Shown one piece after another: positions 43,104 to 52,282 of a DNA stretch of 64,000 nt (position 1 is the first letter of the stretch; each line of letters starts with the position of its first letter). This DNA comes from Verrucomicrobiota bacterium (GTDB taxonomy: Bacteria; Verrucomicrobiota; Verrucomicrobiia; JABWAM01): assembly GCA_013288215.1 (NCBI GenBank), contig JABDCI010000005.1, positions 2,962 to 66,961 of the forward strand, read 5' to 3'. The notes under the pieces are model-generated. The model was not told the DNA's origin. It saw only the letters and a list, made by a program, of their open reading frames with translations, and made no database searches. Made by a program: the position numbers and the translations under genes.

Positions 43104-45575
43104 ATGCAGAACCAGCCCAGCGAAGCCGGTCCGAGTCTGAAGCCGTGTCCTCAGTGCGGGACCATGGTGCAATTTAATTTGCAGGATGGCCGACACATCT
43201 GTCCGCAATGCGGGTACCTTCTTCCCGAACAGGTTGCCCACTACAAGCTGCTTCAGATCATCGGCACCGGCGGCATGGGGGCGGTTTACCGGGGCCTCGA
43301 TATCTCGCTCGAGCGAAACGTGGCAGTCAAGGTGATGCGCGAGGAATTCGCGAAAAATCCCCAATTTGTGGAAAGCTTTCTTCGTGAGGCGCGTGCCGCG
43401 GCTTCCCTCAACCATCCCAACGTTGCGCAAATTTATTCCTTCGGCGAGCAGGAGGGACGCTATTATCTTGTCATGGAACTGCTTCCTGGTGGAAGTCTCG
43501 ATGATCGTATCGAGAAAGAGCATCATGTATCGGAGGTGGATGTTTTGGATGTGGGAATCCAAGTGGCAAGCGGCTTGCGCGCGGCCTACGAGCGTGGATT
43601 GATCCATCGCGACATCAAGCCGGGCAACATTCTTTTTTCACAGGACGGAACGGCAAAGGTTGTGGATTTTGGCTTGGCGCGGTTCGTGACGAAGGCTGCT
43701 GCGCAGCACCAAGAAGAAGGCATTTGGGGAACTCCCTATTATATTGCACCCGAGAAGGTTTCGCAGAACAAAGAGGATTTCCGAAGCGATATTTACAGCC
43801 TTGGCGGCACGCTCTTTCATGCGTTGGCGGGACGTCCTCCTTTTGATGCCGGCACTTCGACCGAAGTCGTTCTCAAGCACCTGCATTCTCCCGCGGTTTC
43901 CCTCAAGACTTTCGCTCCCGACAGCACCGATCAGACTGCGGAAGTGATCGGGCGCATGCTTCGGCGCGATCCCGCTGACCGGCCGAAAAGCTACGACGAG
44001 TTGATCAATGCGCTGGCTTATGCGAAACGTTTTGCTCTCGAAAAAAGACCGCGTGCGGCTCTCGCTGAAGAGGACAGGGATCTTCCGATTGGCATGCTCG
44101 TGAGCACGGTGGCCATGATCGCTCTCACGCTGGCCCTTCTCGTATGGGGCTGGTATCACCGAAGCAAGATTTTCGGCGAGAGTCCGGGGTCTGCAGCGGT
44201 TTCGACAAATTCAATAACTCCGACCGCAAACACGGAAGCTGTTTCTCCTGCGCCGCAGCCTCAGGTTGCCACGCGTGACGAGTTCCTGATCGACATTGAC
44301 AACGCGCATGAGATCGCTAATCGCGAGGGCGCTTCTTCCGCCATCCCGCGTTTTGAGGACATTTTAAACCGCTTGCCCCCCAATCATGAGCTTCGACCGT
44401 GGGTCAAGTTGCACCTGGCTCGTGCCAAATTGATGACGGGCCGCGACGCTCCTGAGCTTGTGGAGCTGAGTGGCACGCGCACGGCTGACAGCTACGCCAA
44501 TGGTGTTAGCCCGGCAGACTACCCATTCTTTCTTGCGCTTTTGCTTCAAGGCAAAGTGCCTCAGGATGTATTCAGTCGTGCCATTTCAGGAATGCCCAGC
44601 TGGATGCAGGCGATCTCTCATTTCGACGCGGGCTTCGCCGCCCAAAAGCTGGACCGTCTCACAGACACTGCACGCTATTGGCGCGCTTACTCGGACATGA
44701 CGAAGGGCCCAGATGAAGAATGGGCCTTCGCGTATCAAACGCTCGCCCTCAATTTCGTGAATGAATACGAGCAGTACCAAACGATGGCGTCGGACATCAT
44801 GACCCTCCAAAATGCGGGAAGAGTCGAACAAGTTGCGACGCTCCTGAAAGAAAAGCAGGTTATCTGGCAAAATCCTTCCATTCGCACGCGCGTGGACAAG
44901 CTCACGGAGGTCAACCACGCTGCCCTTGCCAGGAAACGGGCGGACCAAGAGGAGAAAGCCCGACAAGAGGCGGCCCGACAGCAGGAGATCGACGCAGAAA
45001 ACCGATTGGTCGAAAATGCCCGCAGGCAGCGTGTCGGCTATCTCCAGGGATATCAATTCGATGCGCTTCTGGATTCCTGGCAAAAGCTTTCTTCTCAAGT
45101 GAAGTCGGATTCCAATCGCAAAGTGGTCCAGTATCATATCGAAGTGGACAAGTTGCTTGAGGAGTTCAAGCAGGTTCTGACGGAGGACATCCAGGATCAT
45201 CCTTATGAGGATCAGAATATCACCACCAAAACCAACTTGAAAATGGTCGGCATCCTTTCTGAAGTACGGGAAGAAAAGTTGATTTTCCGCACTCAATTTG
45301 CGCCAGGGCAAATCGCAGAAACTGCCTGCAAATGGTCGGATCTTTATCCCTCAACCATTTTGGAAATCGCCGAATATTATCTTGATCGCGATGAAAAAAC
45401 TTCCGGAGCGAATGCGAATGATCTGGCGCGGCGCGCGCTTATGATTGCGGTGTTCACTCGGGAATATGCTCTCTCCGAGGGCAAGATGCAAAAATATTTG
45501 GCCTATGCGATGAACGCCCAGGCTAATATTCGAAATCAAGTCGATCTGCTCTTTCCACCGGTCGTGCCGCGTTAA
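43104..45575 (+). CDS. Ser/Thr protein kinase with an N-terminal zinc ribbon, one TM and a large C-terminal domain of unknown function
   Basis: The zinc ribbon is CPQCG...CPQCG. The kinase motifs are intact: GTGGMGAVY, VAVKVM, HRDIKPGNIL, DFGLAR and GTPYYIAPE. The TM is IGMLVSTVAMIALTLALLVWGWY. About 470 aa of tail contain a coiled coil, RKRADQEEKARQEAARQQE. Confidence 0.9.
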   Translation: MQNQPSEAGPSLKPCPQCGTMVQFNLQDGRHICPQCGYLLPEQVAHYKLLQIIGTGGMGAVYRGLDISLERNVAVKVMREEFAKNPQFVESFLREARAAASLNHPNVAQIYSFGEQEGRYYLVMELLPGGSLDDRIEKEHHVSEVDVLDVGIQVASGLRAAYERGLIHRDIKPGNILFSQDGTAKVVDFGLARFVTKAAAQHQEEGIWGTPYYIAPEKVSQNKEDFRSDIYSLGGTLFHALAGRPPFDAGTSTEVVLKHLHSPAVSLKTFAPDSTDQTAEVIGRMLRRDPADRPKSYDELINALAYAKRFALEKRPRAALAEEDRDLPIGMLVSTVAMIALTLALLVWGWYHRSKIFGESPGSAAVSTNSITPTANTEAVSPAPQPQVATRDEFLIDIDNAHEIANREGASSAIPRFEDILNRLPPNHELRPWVKLHLARAKLMTGRDAPELVELSGTRTADSYANGVSPADYPFFLALLLQGKVPQDVFSRAISGMPSWMQAISHFDAGFAAQKLDRLTDTARYWRAYSDMTKGPDEEWAFAYQTLALNFVNEYEQYQTMASDIMTLQNAGRVEQVATLLKEKQVIWQNPSIRTRVDKLTEVNHAALARKRADQEEKARQEAARQQEIDAENRLVENARRQRVGYLQGYQFDALLDSWQKLSSQVKSDSNRKVVQYHIEVDKLLEEFKQVLTEDIQDHPYEDQNITTKTNLKMVGILSEVREEKLIFRTQFAPGQIAETACKWSDLYPSTILEIAEYYLDRDEKTSGANANDLARRALMIAVFTREYALSEGKMQKYLAYAMNAQANIRNQVDLLFPPVVPR

Positions 45576-45661
45576 GGTTCTCGGGAACTCCATGAGAAGG
45601 AGGATGGCTTTCTTCACCACCTGCCGTCGCGGGATGGTCTGACGTGATGCTTCCCTTCCTT

Positions 45662-47920
45662 TCAGTAAGGCAGTGGAAATCGGCGCGTGAGCTGTTTGAC
45701 ACTTTCGCGCACCTCGGCGAGCTTCGGTTCATCCTCGATGCTCACGAGCACGGTGGAAATGAGCGTTGCGATTTCGCGCATCTCGGCTTCTTTCATCCCG
45801 CGCGTCGTCACAGCAGGGGTGCCGATTCGGATGCCGCTCGTCACGAGCGGTTTTTCAGGGTCATACGGAATCAGATTTTTGTTCACGGTGATGCCTCCCT
45901 TGTCGAGGGCGATCTGAGCTTCTTTTCCTGTCACCTTTTGGTTGCGAAGATCGACGAGCATCAAATGATTGTCCGTGCCGCCGCTGACAATGCGGCAGCC
46001 ATTTTTATGGAGGCAATCGGCAAGCGTCTGAGCGTTTTTAACGATTTGCTCCTGGTAATCCTTAAATGAAGGCTGGAGGGCTTCTTGAAAGCAGACGGCT
46101 TTGGCGGCGATCACGTGCATCAAGGGGCCACCTTGGATGCCAGGCAGCACCATCGAATCGATCTCTTTGGCGAAACGTTCGCGGCAGAGGATAAGGCCGC
46201 CGCGAGGTCCGCGAAGGGTCTTATGCGTGGTCGTGGTGACGAAATCGGCATGCGGAACGGGGCTTGGATGAACACCGGTCGCGACCAAGCCGGCAATGTG
46301 GGCCATGTCGACGAAGAGCAAAGCATTCACCGAATTGGCGATTTGGCGCATTTTCTGAAAATCGATGATGCGAGGATAGGCGCTCGCGCCCACGGTGATG
46401 AGCTTTGGTTTATGTTCCTGCGCCAATTTCGCGGCGGTATCATAATCAATCCGCTCGTCTTCCTTCCGTACACCGTAGTGCACGACCTGATAAAATTGAC
46501 CTGAGAAGTTTCTGCTGAACCCATGCGTGAGATGGCCGCCGTGGGCGAGTTCCATCGTGAGGATCTTGTCGCCGGGCTTCAGGACGCTAAAGTAAACTGC
46601 CATATTGGCCTGGCTTCCGGAATGCGGCTGCACGTTGGCGTGTTCTGCTCCAAAGAGCTTTTTGGCGCGCTCGATGGCGAGCGATTCGGCAATGTCGACG
46701 AACTCGCATCCACCGTAATAGCGCTTTCCTGGATAACCTTCTGCATATTTGTTCGTCAGCACACTCCCCTGGGCCTCCAGGATGGCGGGGCTGGCGAAGT
46801 TTTCACTTGCGATGAGTTCGATGTTTTCCTGCTGACGCGTCTTTTCCTGTTGAATCGCGCGATAGATGGCCGGATCCGCATCGCGCAATACGGAGGAATC
46901 TCCCAGAGGCCTGTCCATTTTTTGGATTCGCTGCTCGTGGCGGCCACCCTCGAAGTGCGCCGTGAGCCAGCTATCAAGGATGCGCACCGCCTTGTCCGGA
47001 CCCGTCTCCATGGCTGCAAGACAGAGCACGTTGGCGTCGTTATGTTGGCGGCTCAGGCGAGCGGTGTTTTCGTCGTGCACCAGGGCGGCACGCGCGCCGG
47101 GGATGCGGTTGGCGGCCATGCTCATGCCGATGCCTGTCTTACAGATGAGCACGCCCAGATCGGCGCGCTGCTGAGCGACATCGCGGGCGACTGCCTGCCC
47201 GAAATCCGGATAATCTACGGATTCGGGCGTGAAAGTGCCGAGATCGGCGACCGGATATTGATTCTCTTCGAGATAAGATTTGAGAGCGTGTTTGAGCTCG
47301 ACTCCTCCATGATCGGCAGCAATGACAATGCTGGGTTTGTCCGTGCGTGAGCGTGAAGGTTTCGTGGAAGTTTGATTTTGCATAAATTTCAGGAGCGATG
47401 GAAGCGCGGATTGAATGGCATCCCGGCACGTTTGATACGTGAAATAGGATTGACCGATCGGATCGGGCACTTCGCGCTCAAACTCGGAAAGACCCTCTTC
47501 GAATTCCTTCACCAGGAAGAGTTTGTTGGCAGCCTCGGGATAAAGGGAAACGAGCGACCGAAAATGCGAGTGAGTCATCACAAAGATCGCATGGGCTTCC
47601 TGGATGAGCTTGTCGGTGACGGGCTGGGAGCGATGGTTTGAAATATCAAGGCCGATTTCACGCAACGCCCGCACCGCATTGTCGCTGGGGTGCTGTCCAG
47701 GATAGGCGCTTAAGCCGGCGGAAACGATTCGGATGCCGCCGCGATCTTGAACGAGTTGGCGCATTAAGCCTTCGGCCATCGGGCTGCGGCAGATGTTGCC
47801 TGTGCAAACAAAAAGAATGGTCTTCACGTATTCGGCGGCTGATCGGTTCCTCGCGCGTCCCAAAGAACGAAGCGGTTCCAGCAACCCGATAACTATTCCC
47901 TCCCATCCACTTGTCCGCAA
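45662..47920 (-). CDS. Tri-functional fusion: LMW protein (Tyr/Arg) phosphatase, ribose-5-phosphate isomerase B and serine hydroxymethyltransferase
   Basis: It is a single uninterrupted 752-codon ORF. Residues ~33-180 carry CTGNICRS (CX5R P-loop) and DP. Residues ~197-335 read [11 protein letters not shown]...[14 protein letters not shown]...FEGGRH (RpiB/LacAB). Residues ~345-752 read IELIASENF...[14 protein letters not shown]...[13 protein letters not shown] (GlyA). Confidence 0.85.
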   Translation of the reverse strand: MRTSGWEGIVIGLLEPLRSLGRARNRSAAEYVKTILFVCTGNICRSPMAEGLMRQLVQDRGGIRIVSAGLSAYPGQHPSDNAVRALREIGLDISNHRSQPVTDKLIQEAHAIFVMTHSHFRSLVSLYPEAANKLFLVKEFEEGLSEFEREVPDPIGQSYFTYQTCRDAIQSALPSLLKFMQNQTSTKPSRSRTDKPSIVIAADHGGVELKHALKSYLEENQYPVADLGTFTPESVDYPDFGQAVARDVAQQRADLGVLICKTGIGMSMAANRIPGARAALVHDENTARLSRQHNDANVLCLAAMETGPDKAVRILDSWLTAHFEGGRHEQRIQKMDRPLGDSSVLRDADPAIYRAIQQEKTRQQENIELIASENFASPAILEAQGSVLTNKYAEGYPGKRYYGGCEFVDIAESLAIERAKKLFGAEHANVQPHSGSQANMAVYFSVLKPGDKILTMELAHGGHLTHGFSRNFSGQFYQVVHYGVRKEDERIDYDTAAKLAQEHKPKLITVGASAYPRIIDFQKMRQIANSVNALLFVDMAHIAGLVATGVHPSPVPHADFVTTTTHKTLRGPRGGLILCRERFAKEIDSMVLPGIQGGPLMHVIAAKAVCFQEALQPSFKDYQEQIVKNAQTLADCLHKNGCRIVSGGTDNHLMLVDLRNQKVTGKEAQIALDKGGITVNKNLIPYDPEKPLVTSGIRIGTPAVTTRGMKEAEMREIATLISTVLVSIEDEPKLAEVRESVKQLTRRFPLPY

Positions 47921-47957
47921 GGCGAAACTGACGATTTACAGAGGGAAAATGTTTTTT

Positions 47958-48725
47958 TCAGCGCGCGCGGAAGATAAGGACGTTGCGAACGGGCCAATGA
48001 GGCGGAAGATCGATTTTGACTTCTTTCGAGTCCAAACAAAGCCCGCTTGAAGGCCCGCCATCCAGGTTTAACGCCCGGTCGATGGTCATGTCCAAGGAAT
48101 CGCACTTCTTTTTCAGGCAGAAAGCCAGGTTGAACAATGAAACCTCTGATGTGACGATCACGCCGAACTTGTCCTCCGCCTGCACGAGGACGGTGCGTTT
48201 GGCGATGGGACCGTCCGCTGGTAAAACGCCTATCACACCTCCCGGTTCGATCAAAAAAGGGCCGCCTTGGAGGGCGTTGGGAGCCGGATGATCGTTTCGG
48301 TTGAACCAATGAAGGGATGGCATGCCGCGTTTGTCGATCAACAGCATGCCGGAAAAGATCGATTTGCGGCTGGGATTGGAAACCTGTGTTCCATCGATGA
48401 CGCAGAGTCCTTCGGGTTCAAATCGGGAAGAAAAACAACCTCCGTTACACCCGAGGAAGGCGTGGTGATCATGTGTGAGCTGAGCGATGGTGGATCGACC
48501 TTCATTTTCCTCCTTTGGTTGGTCGATGATCGAAGCCACATAACAAGAAGCATTCATGAACACCGCATGGAGGGTGAAGGATTCCTCTTCGCGCTGGAAG
48601 CGCATTTTGAAGAAATGCGCTTCCAGCGAGATGGGCGTGCTCTCCAAAGTTTCGACTCTCCAATCCCCAGCACTGCAGGAGGAGGCAAAAAAGAGGCCGA
48701 GGACGACCGCTGTGCGAACATGCAT
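47958..48725 (-). CDS. Secreted phosphodiester glycosidase-family (DUF2233) protein
   Basis: It has a signal peptide, VVLGLFFASSCSA. The C-terminal ALNLDGGPSSGL motif is typical of the NAGPA/DUF2233 family. Confidence 0.65.
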   Translation of the reverse strand: MHVRTAVVLGLFFASSCSAGDWRVETLESTPISLEAHFFKMRFQREEESFTLHAVFMNASCYVASIIDQPKEENEGRSTIAQLTHDHHAFLGCNGGCFSSRFEPEGLCVIDGTQVSNPSRKSIFSGMLLIDKRGMPSLHWFNRNDHPAPNALQGGPFLIEPGGVIGVLPADGPIAKRTVLVQAEDKFGVIVTSEVSLFNLAFCLKKKCDSLDMTIDRALNLDGGPSSGLCLDSKEVKIDLPPHWPVRNVLIFRAR

Positions 48726-48806
48726 TCATCCAATATCACGATCCGGAAGCCGTCTTTTCAAGCAGCGATTCTTTCTTTTGGCGCACGCGGCTGCTATGGA
48801 GGAGTG

Positions 48807-49619
48807 ATGTTCGGAAGGTTGTCAAAATATATCCATGTGATGGGCGTCGGGTTTCAGAACACGTTTGTTTATCGTTGGAACTTCCTCCTGCGTGTCCTCT
48901 TCAGCTTCATCCCCCTCATGGGAACGTTTTATCTTTGGACAGCGATCTTCAAGAATCCTTCCGTGCAGATGGGTGGCTATGCCTTCCGGCAAATGATCTC
49001 GTACTTTCTGGCGCTTGTGCTGCTCGACTCGCTGGCCTCGCCTACGGAGGATGATTTCCAGATCGCGAGTGATATTCGTGACGGATTGATCAACCAATTT
49101 TTGCTCAAGCCCATCAATTATTTGGGATATCGTTTCAGTCTCTTCTGTTCGGCGCGGCTCATTTACACGGCGACCACCATCCTGCCGGTCCTGGCAGTTC
49201 TCTGGTATATGCGTTCCTATCTCGCCTTTCCGATGGAACCATCGACATGGTTCATGGCGGCTCTGGCGACTTTTTTTTCGGCTACCCTGCAATTTCTGAT
49301 GGCGTTTTGTTCGGCCATGATGGCGTTCTGGTTGTTGGATGTTTCCGCTCCGATTTTTATTATTTTTTCGATCGAATATCTGGCCGGGGGCCACATGTTC
49401 CCACTCGATTTGATGTCAAAACGACTTTACCAGTTGCTCATGTTGACGCCTTTTCCGTACGAATATTGGTTTCCGCTGGGAGTCTTTCTCTCTCGCTTTT
49501 CGTCGCGCCAGCTTTGGCTGGGATTTGGAATGCAGATTTTGTGGTGCTTGCTCTTTTTCGGCATCTCGAGGCTGATCTGGGGACGTGGGATCCGCAAATA
49601 CACGGCGGTGGGAGGGTGA
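48807..49619 (+). CDS. ABC-2-type transporter permease (ABC2_membrane_6-like)
   Basis: From the ATG at 48807 it reads MFGRLSKYIHVMGVGFQNTFVYRWNFLLRV. It is polytopic and hydrophobic. The upstream part of the long ORF is antisense to the DUF2233 gene. Confidence 0.7.
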   Translation: MFGRLSKYIHVMGVGFQNTFVYRWNFLLRVLFSFIPLMGTFYLWTAIFKNPSVQMGGYAFRQMISYFLALVLLDSLASPTEDDFQIASDIRDGLINQFLLKPINYLGYRFSLFCSARLIYTATTILPVLAVLWYMRSYLAFPMEPSTWFMAALATFFSATLQFLMAFCSAMMAFWLLDVSAPIFIIFSIEYLAGGHMFPLDLMSKRLYQLLMLTPFPYEYWFPLGVFLSRFSSRQLWLGFGMQILWCLLFFGISRLIWGRGIRKYTAVGG

Positions 49620-49620
49620 G

Positions 49621-50409
49621 ATGAAACGTTATCTGCGACTGGCGATCGCATTGTTTCGCTACAGTCTCACGCGCGAGATGATGTTCAAGGCGAATTTCCT
49701 CCTCTGGATCATTGTGGAGATCGCCTGGTTCGGCATCCAACTCGCATTCGTCGAGGTGATTTTTGCGAACGTCCATTCCGTGGCCGGTTGGACGAAATAT
49801 GAAATGATTCTTTTGGTTGGAACGAGTCATTTGGTGCAGCAGGCCTTTCAGTTCGTGTTCATGGTGAATTGCATGGAGCTTCCGGAAAACGTGCGCACCG
49901 GAAAACTGGATTTCGCGCTCTTACAGCCTGCGAGCAGCCAGTTTCTCATTTCCGTGCGCAAGTTCGACATTGGCGCTTTGGTGAATGCCACCATCGGCCT
50001 TGGTTTCGCGGTCTACGCGATTGGCAAATTGAATGTGCCGGTCGGGCCGGAACAGGCATTTCTTTATTCCGCTCTCGTCGTCAACGGGGTCGTGATCCAT
50101 TACGCATTGATGCTTATGATCGTCACGCTCTCCTTCTGGATTATCCGCGCACAGGGACTCGTCTATGGTTATTACAACCTTTTCCAGCTGACGCGCATTC
50201 CACGTGAAGCATTCCGCGGCGGCGTGCGGTTTTTTTTCTCCTTTGTGGTCCCGATGTTGGTGGTCGCGAACTATCCTGCCGAAGTGCTTGGACGCGATCT
50301 GCAGGGTTGGGGCATGCTCTGGGTGTTCGGACTTTCCTTTGCGCTTTTGGGAGTGGCGAGCCTCTGGTTCCAATTCGCACTGCGCTTTTACACCAGCGCC
50401 AGCTCCTAG
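49621..50409 (+). CDS. ABC-2-type transporter permease (ABC2_membrane_6-like), second subunit
   Basis: It reads MKRYLRLAIALFRYSLTREMMFKANFLLWIIVE. It is polytopic. It starts 1 nt after the previous stop. Confidence 0.7.
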   Translation: MKRYLRLAIALFRYSLTREMMFKANFLLWIIVEIAWFGIQLAFVEVIFANVHSVAGWTKYEMILLVGTSHLVQQAFQFVFMVNCMELPENVRTGKLDFALLQPASSQFLISVRKFDIGALVNATIGLGFAVYAIGKLNVPVGPEQAFLYSALVVNGVVIHYALMLMIVTLSFWIIRAQGLVYGYYNLFQLTRIPREAFRGGVRFFFSFVVPMLVVANYPAEVLGRDLQGWGMLWVFGLSFALLGVASLWFQFALRFYTSASS

Positions 50410-50419
50410 GTCGAAAGTT

Positions 50420-52282
50420 TTAGAGGGAGTTTCCGTGCTGCCGGCGCAGCAAGAGGATGAGGAAACCGAGTCCCCCCACAAGGCTGGTCAAGATTCCAAC
50501 AGGAACTTCAGCGCCATGTCCTCCGATGGAGAGGCAGCGCGCTGAGGCGTCGGCAACGGCAAGAATCGCACCTCCGGCAAACATGGAGCATGGGATCACT
50601 AAACGCTGATCTGTGCCCACGAGATGCCGTACGATGTGAGGTATAAGAAGACCCACAAATCCGATCGGTCCCGCTACGGAAACGACGGCGGCAGTTGCGA
50701 GTGATCCGCCGAGGAGCACGCGTTTCTGAACGCGTGAGACATGCACGCCGCGACCCTGCGCCACTTCCTCCCCGAACGCGATCTGATGGAGATCCCGGCA
50801 ATGCCTTAGGATGAGGATGAGTCCCAGGACCAGAAAAGGAAGGCATGCGATGACGTCCGTCCAGGACGAACCTTCCAGTCCGCCGACCATCCACTGGTCC
50901 ATGGCCCGGAGGGTCAGCGGATTTGCGATAAAACGTACAAGCATGATCGCGGCCCCGGAAATGAGACCCAGTGCGATGCCCGCGAGTAGCAGCCCCATCT
51001 TGTTTCTGCCGGCGAGCGAACTCATCCGGATTCGCCAAAGAAAAGCGACATTGGCGAGTGCAAATGTCAGCGCCCAGATTTGTACGCCGGAAAAAGGACC
51101 CCAGACGGGAGAAAGTGCGGGGAAACTCAGAGCAATGACGGCTCCGAGCGAAGACGTGCTCGCAATGCCGAGCGTGTAGGGTTCCGCCAGTGGATTGCGC
51201 AATAAGCATTGGAAGGCGGCTCCGGCGCTTCCAAGCGCCATTCCAGCCATTAATCCCAGAAAAACGCGCGGCAGTCGAAGTGCAAGAATCTGTGCAGAAA
51301 TCGTGCGATGTCCCGGCGTTGACGTGAGCATTTGGTGGATCGCCGCGGGAATGTGAATGGTTTCCATGCCGAATGCAGGAGAGAGGATGAGCCCGATCAA
51401 AGCCAGGAGGCCAAAAACCCCGACTGTCCCGATGAAACGGGAAAAAGTTAATGTTAAAAGAGCGGGCGAATGGACAAGCGGCGGGATAGGGTTCTCTTCT
51501 TCAAGCAGGGACGTTTCGATGTTTGGAATCACCTGCGGTGCGCCGGCTCCGGTCAATAAGCGGATCTCCTTCCCATAAACCTTCTCGAGATATTCGGTGC
51601 GGAAAACTTCGTGAACCGAGCCTGTCACAATGCGCTTGCCGTGATCGAGAAGCGTGACCCGGTTGGCGAAGTGCGATGCGAGCGTGAGATCATGTGTGGA
51701 AAAAAGGATCGCGGTTCCACGCTCTGCTTCATCGCGAAGAAGTCGAAGAAGACTGATCTGGTGGTGGATATCGAGGGCGCTGGTAGGTTCATCCAGGAGC
51801 ACCGCACGCGGTTGCTGTGCGAGGACGGAGGCGAGCAGCACGCGTTGGCGTTCTCCTCCTGAAAGTGTTGCAAAGTCGCGGTCGCGAAACGCCAGCGATT
51901 GCATGCGTTTCAAGCTTTGTTCGGCCACGTTCAAGTCCTCGAGGCCGGGCAGGCCGAGTCCTTTCATATGGGCATAACGCCCCATCAGCACCACTTCCAT
52001 CGCGGTCATCGAAAATTGCGGAGTCACTTGCTGCGGCAGAAAGGCGAGCGTTCGCGCGAGTTCGGTTTTCGTGAAGCACGAAAGCGGTCGATCATTCCAT
52101 TGGATCATCCCGTGGACAGGAATGAGATTCACCGCCAAAAGCTGCAGCACCGTGCTTTTGCCGCATCCGTTGGGGCCGATCAATGCGTGCACCTCGCCTT
52201 CTCGAACGTCGAGCGCATCGATTTCCAGACAAAACGTGTTCTTGTAAGAAAAGCGCACATCGCGCGCCACCAGCGTGTTCAT
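50420..52282 (-). CDS. Fused ABC ATPase (BtuD/FecE-like) and FecCD-family permease (BtuC-like)
   Basis: The N-terminal ~255 aa carry Walker A GPNGCGKST, the signature LSGGERQR and Walker B LLDEPTSALD. The C-terminal ~350 aa are polytopic with the FecCD-type motif GPIGFVGLLIPHIVRHLVG. Confidence 0.85.
   Translation of the reverse strand: MNTLVARDVRFSYKNTFCLEIDALDVREGEVHALIGPNGCGKSTVLQLLAVNLIPVHGMIQWNDRPLSCFTKTELARTLAFLPQQVTPQFSMTAMEVVLMGRYAHMKGLGLPGLEDLNVAEQSLKRMQSLAFRDRDFATLSGGERQRVLLASVLAQQPRAVLLDEPTSALDIHHQISLLRLLRDEAERGTAILFSTHDLTLASHFANRVTLLDHGKRIVTGSVHEVFRTEYLEKVYGKEIRLLTGAGAPQVIPNIETSLLEEENPIPPLVHSPALLTLTFSRFIGTVGVFGLLALIGLILSPAFGMETIHIPAAIHQMLTSTPGHRTISAQILALRLPRVFLGLMAGMALGSAGAAFQCLLRNPLAEPYTLGIASTSSLGAVIALSFPALSPVWGPFSGVQIWALTFALANVAFLWRIRMSSLAGRNKMGLLLAGIALGLISGAAIMLVRFIANPLTLRAMDQWMVGGLEGSSWTDVIACLPFLVLGLILILRHCRDLHQIAFGEEVAQGRGVHVSRVQKRVLLGGSLATAAVVSVAGPIGFVGLLIPHIVRHLVGTDQRLVIPCSMFAGGAILAVADASARCLSIGGHGAEVPVGILTSLVGGLGFLILLLRRQHGNSL

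Noticed and set aside
48267-48806. 180-codon N-terminal extension of the first ABC-2 permease ORF
   Set aside because: It overlaps the DUF2233 gene on the opposite strand and is not hydrophobic. The family-typical N-terminus starts at 48807.
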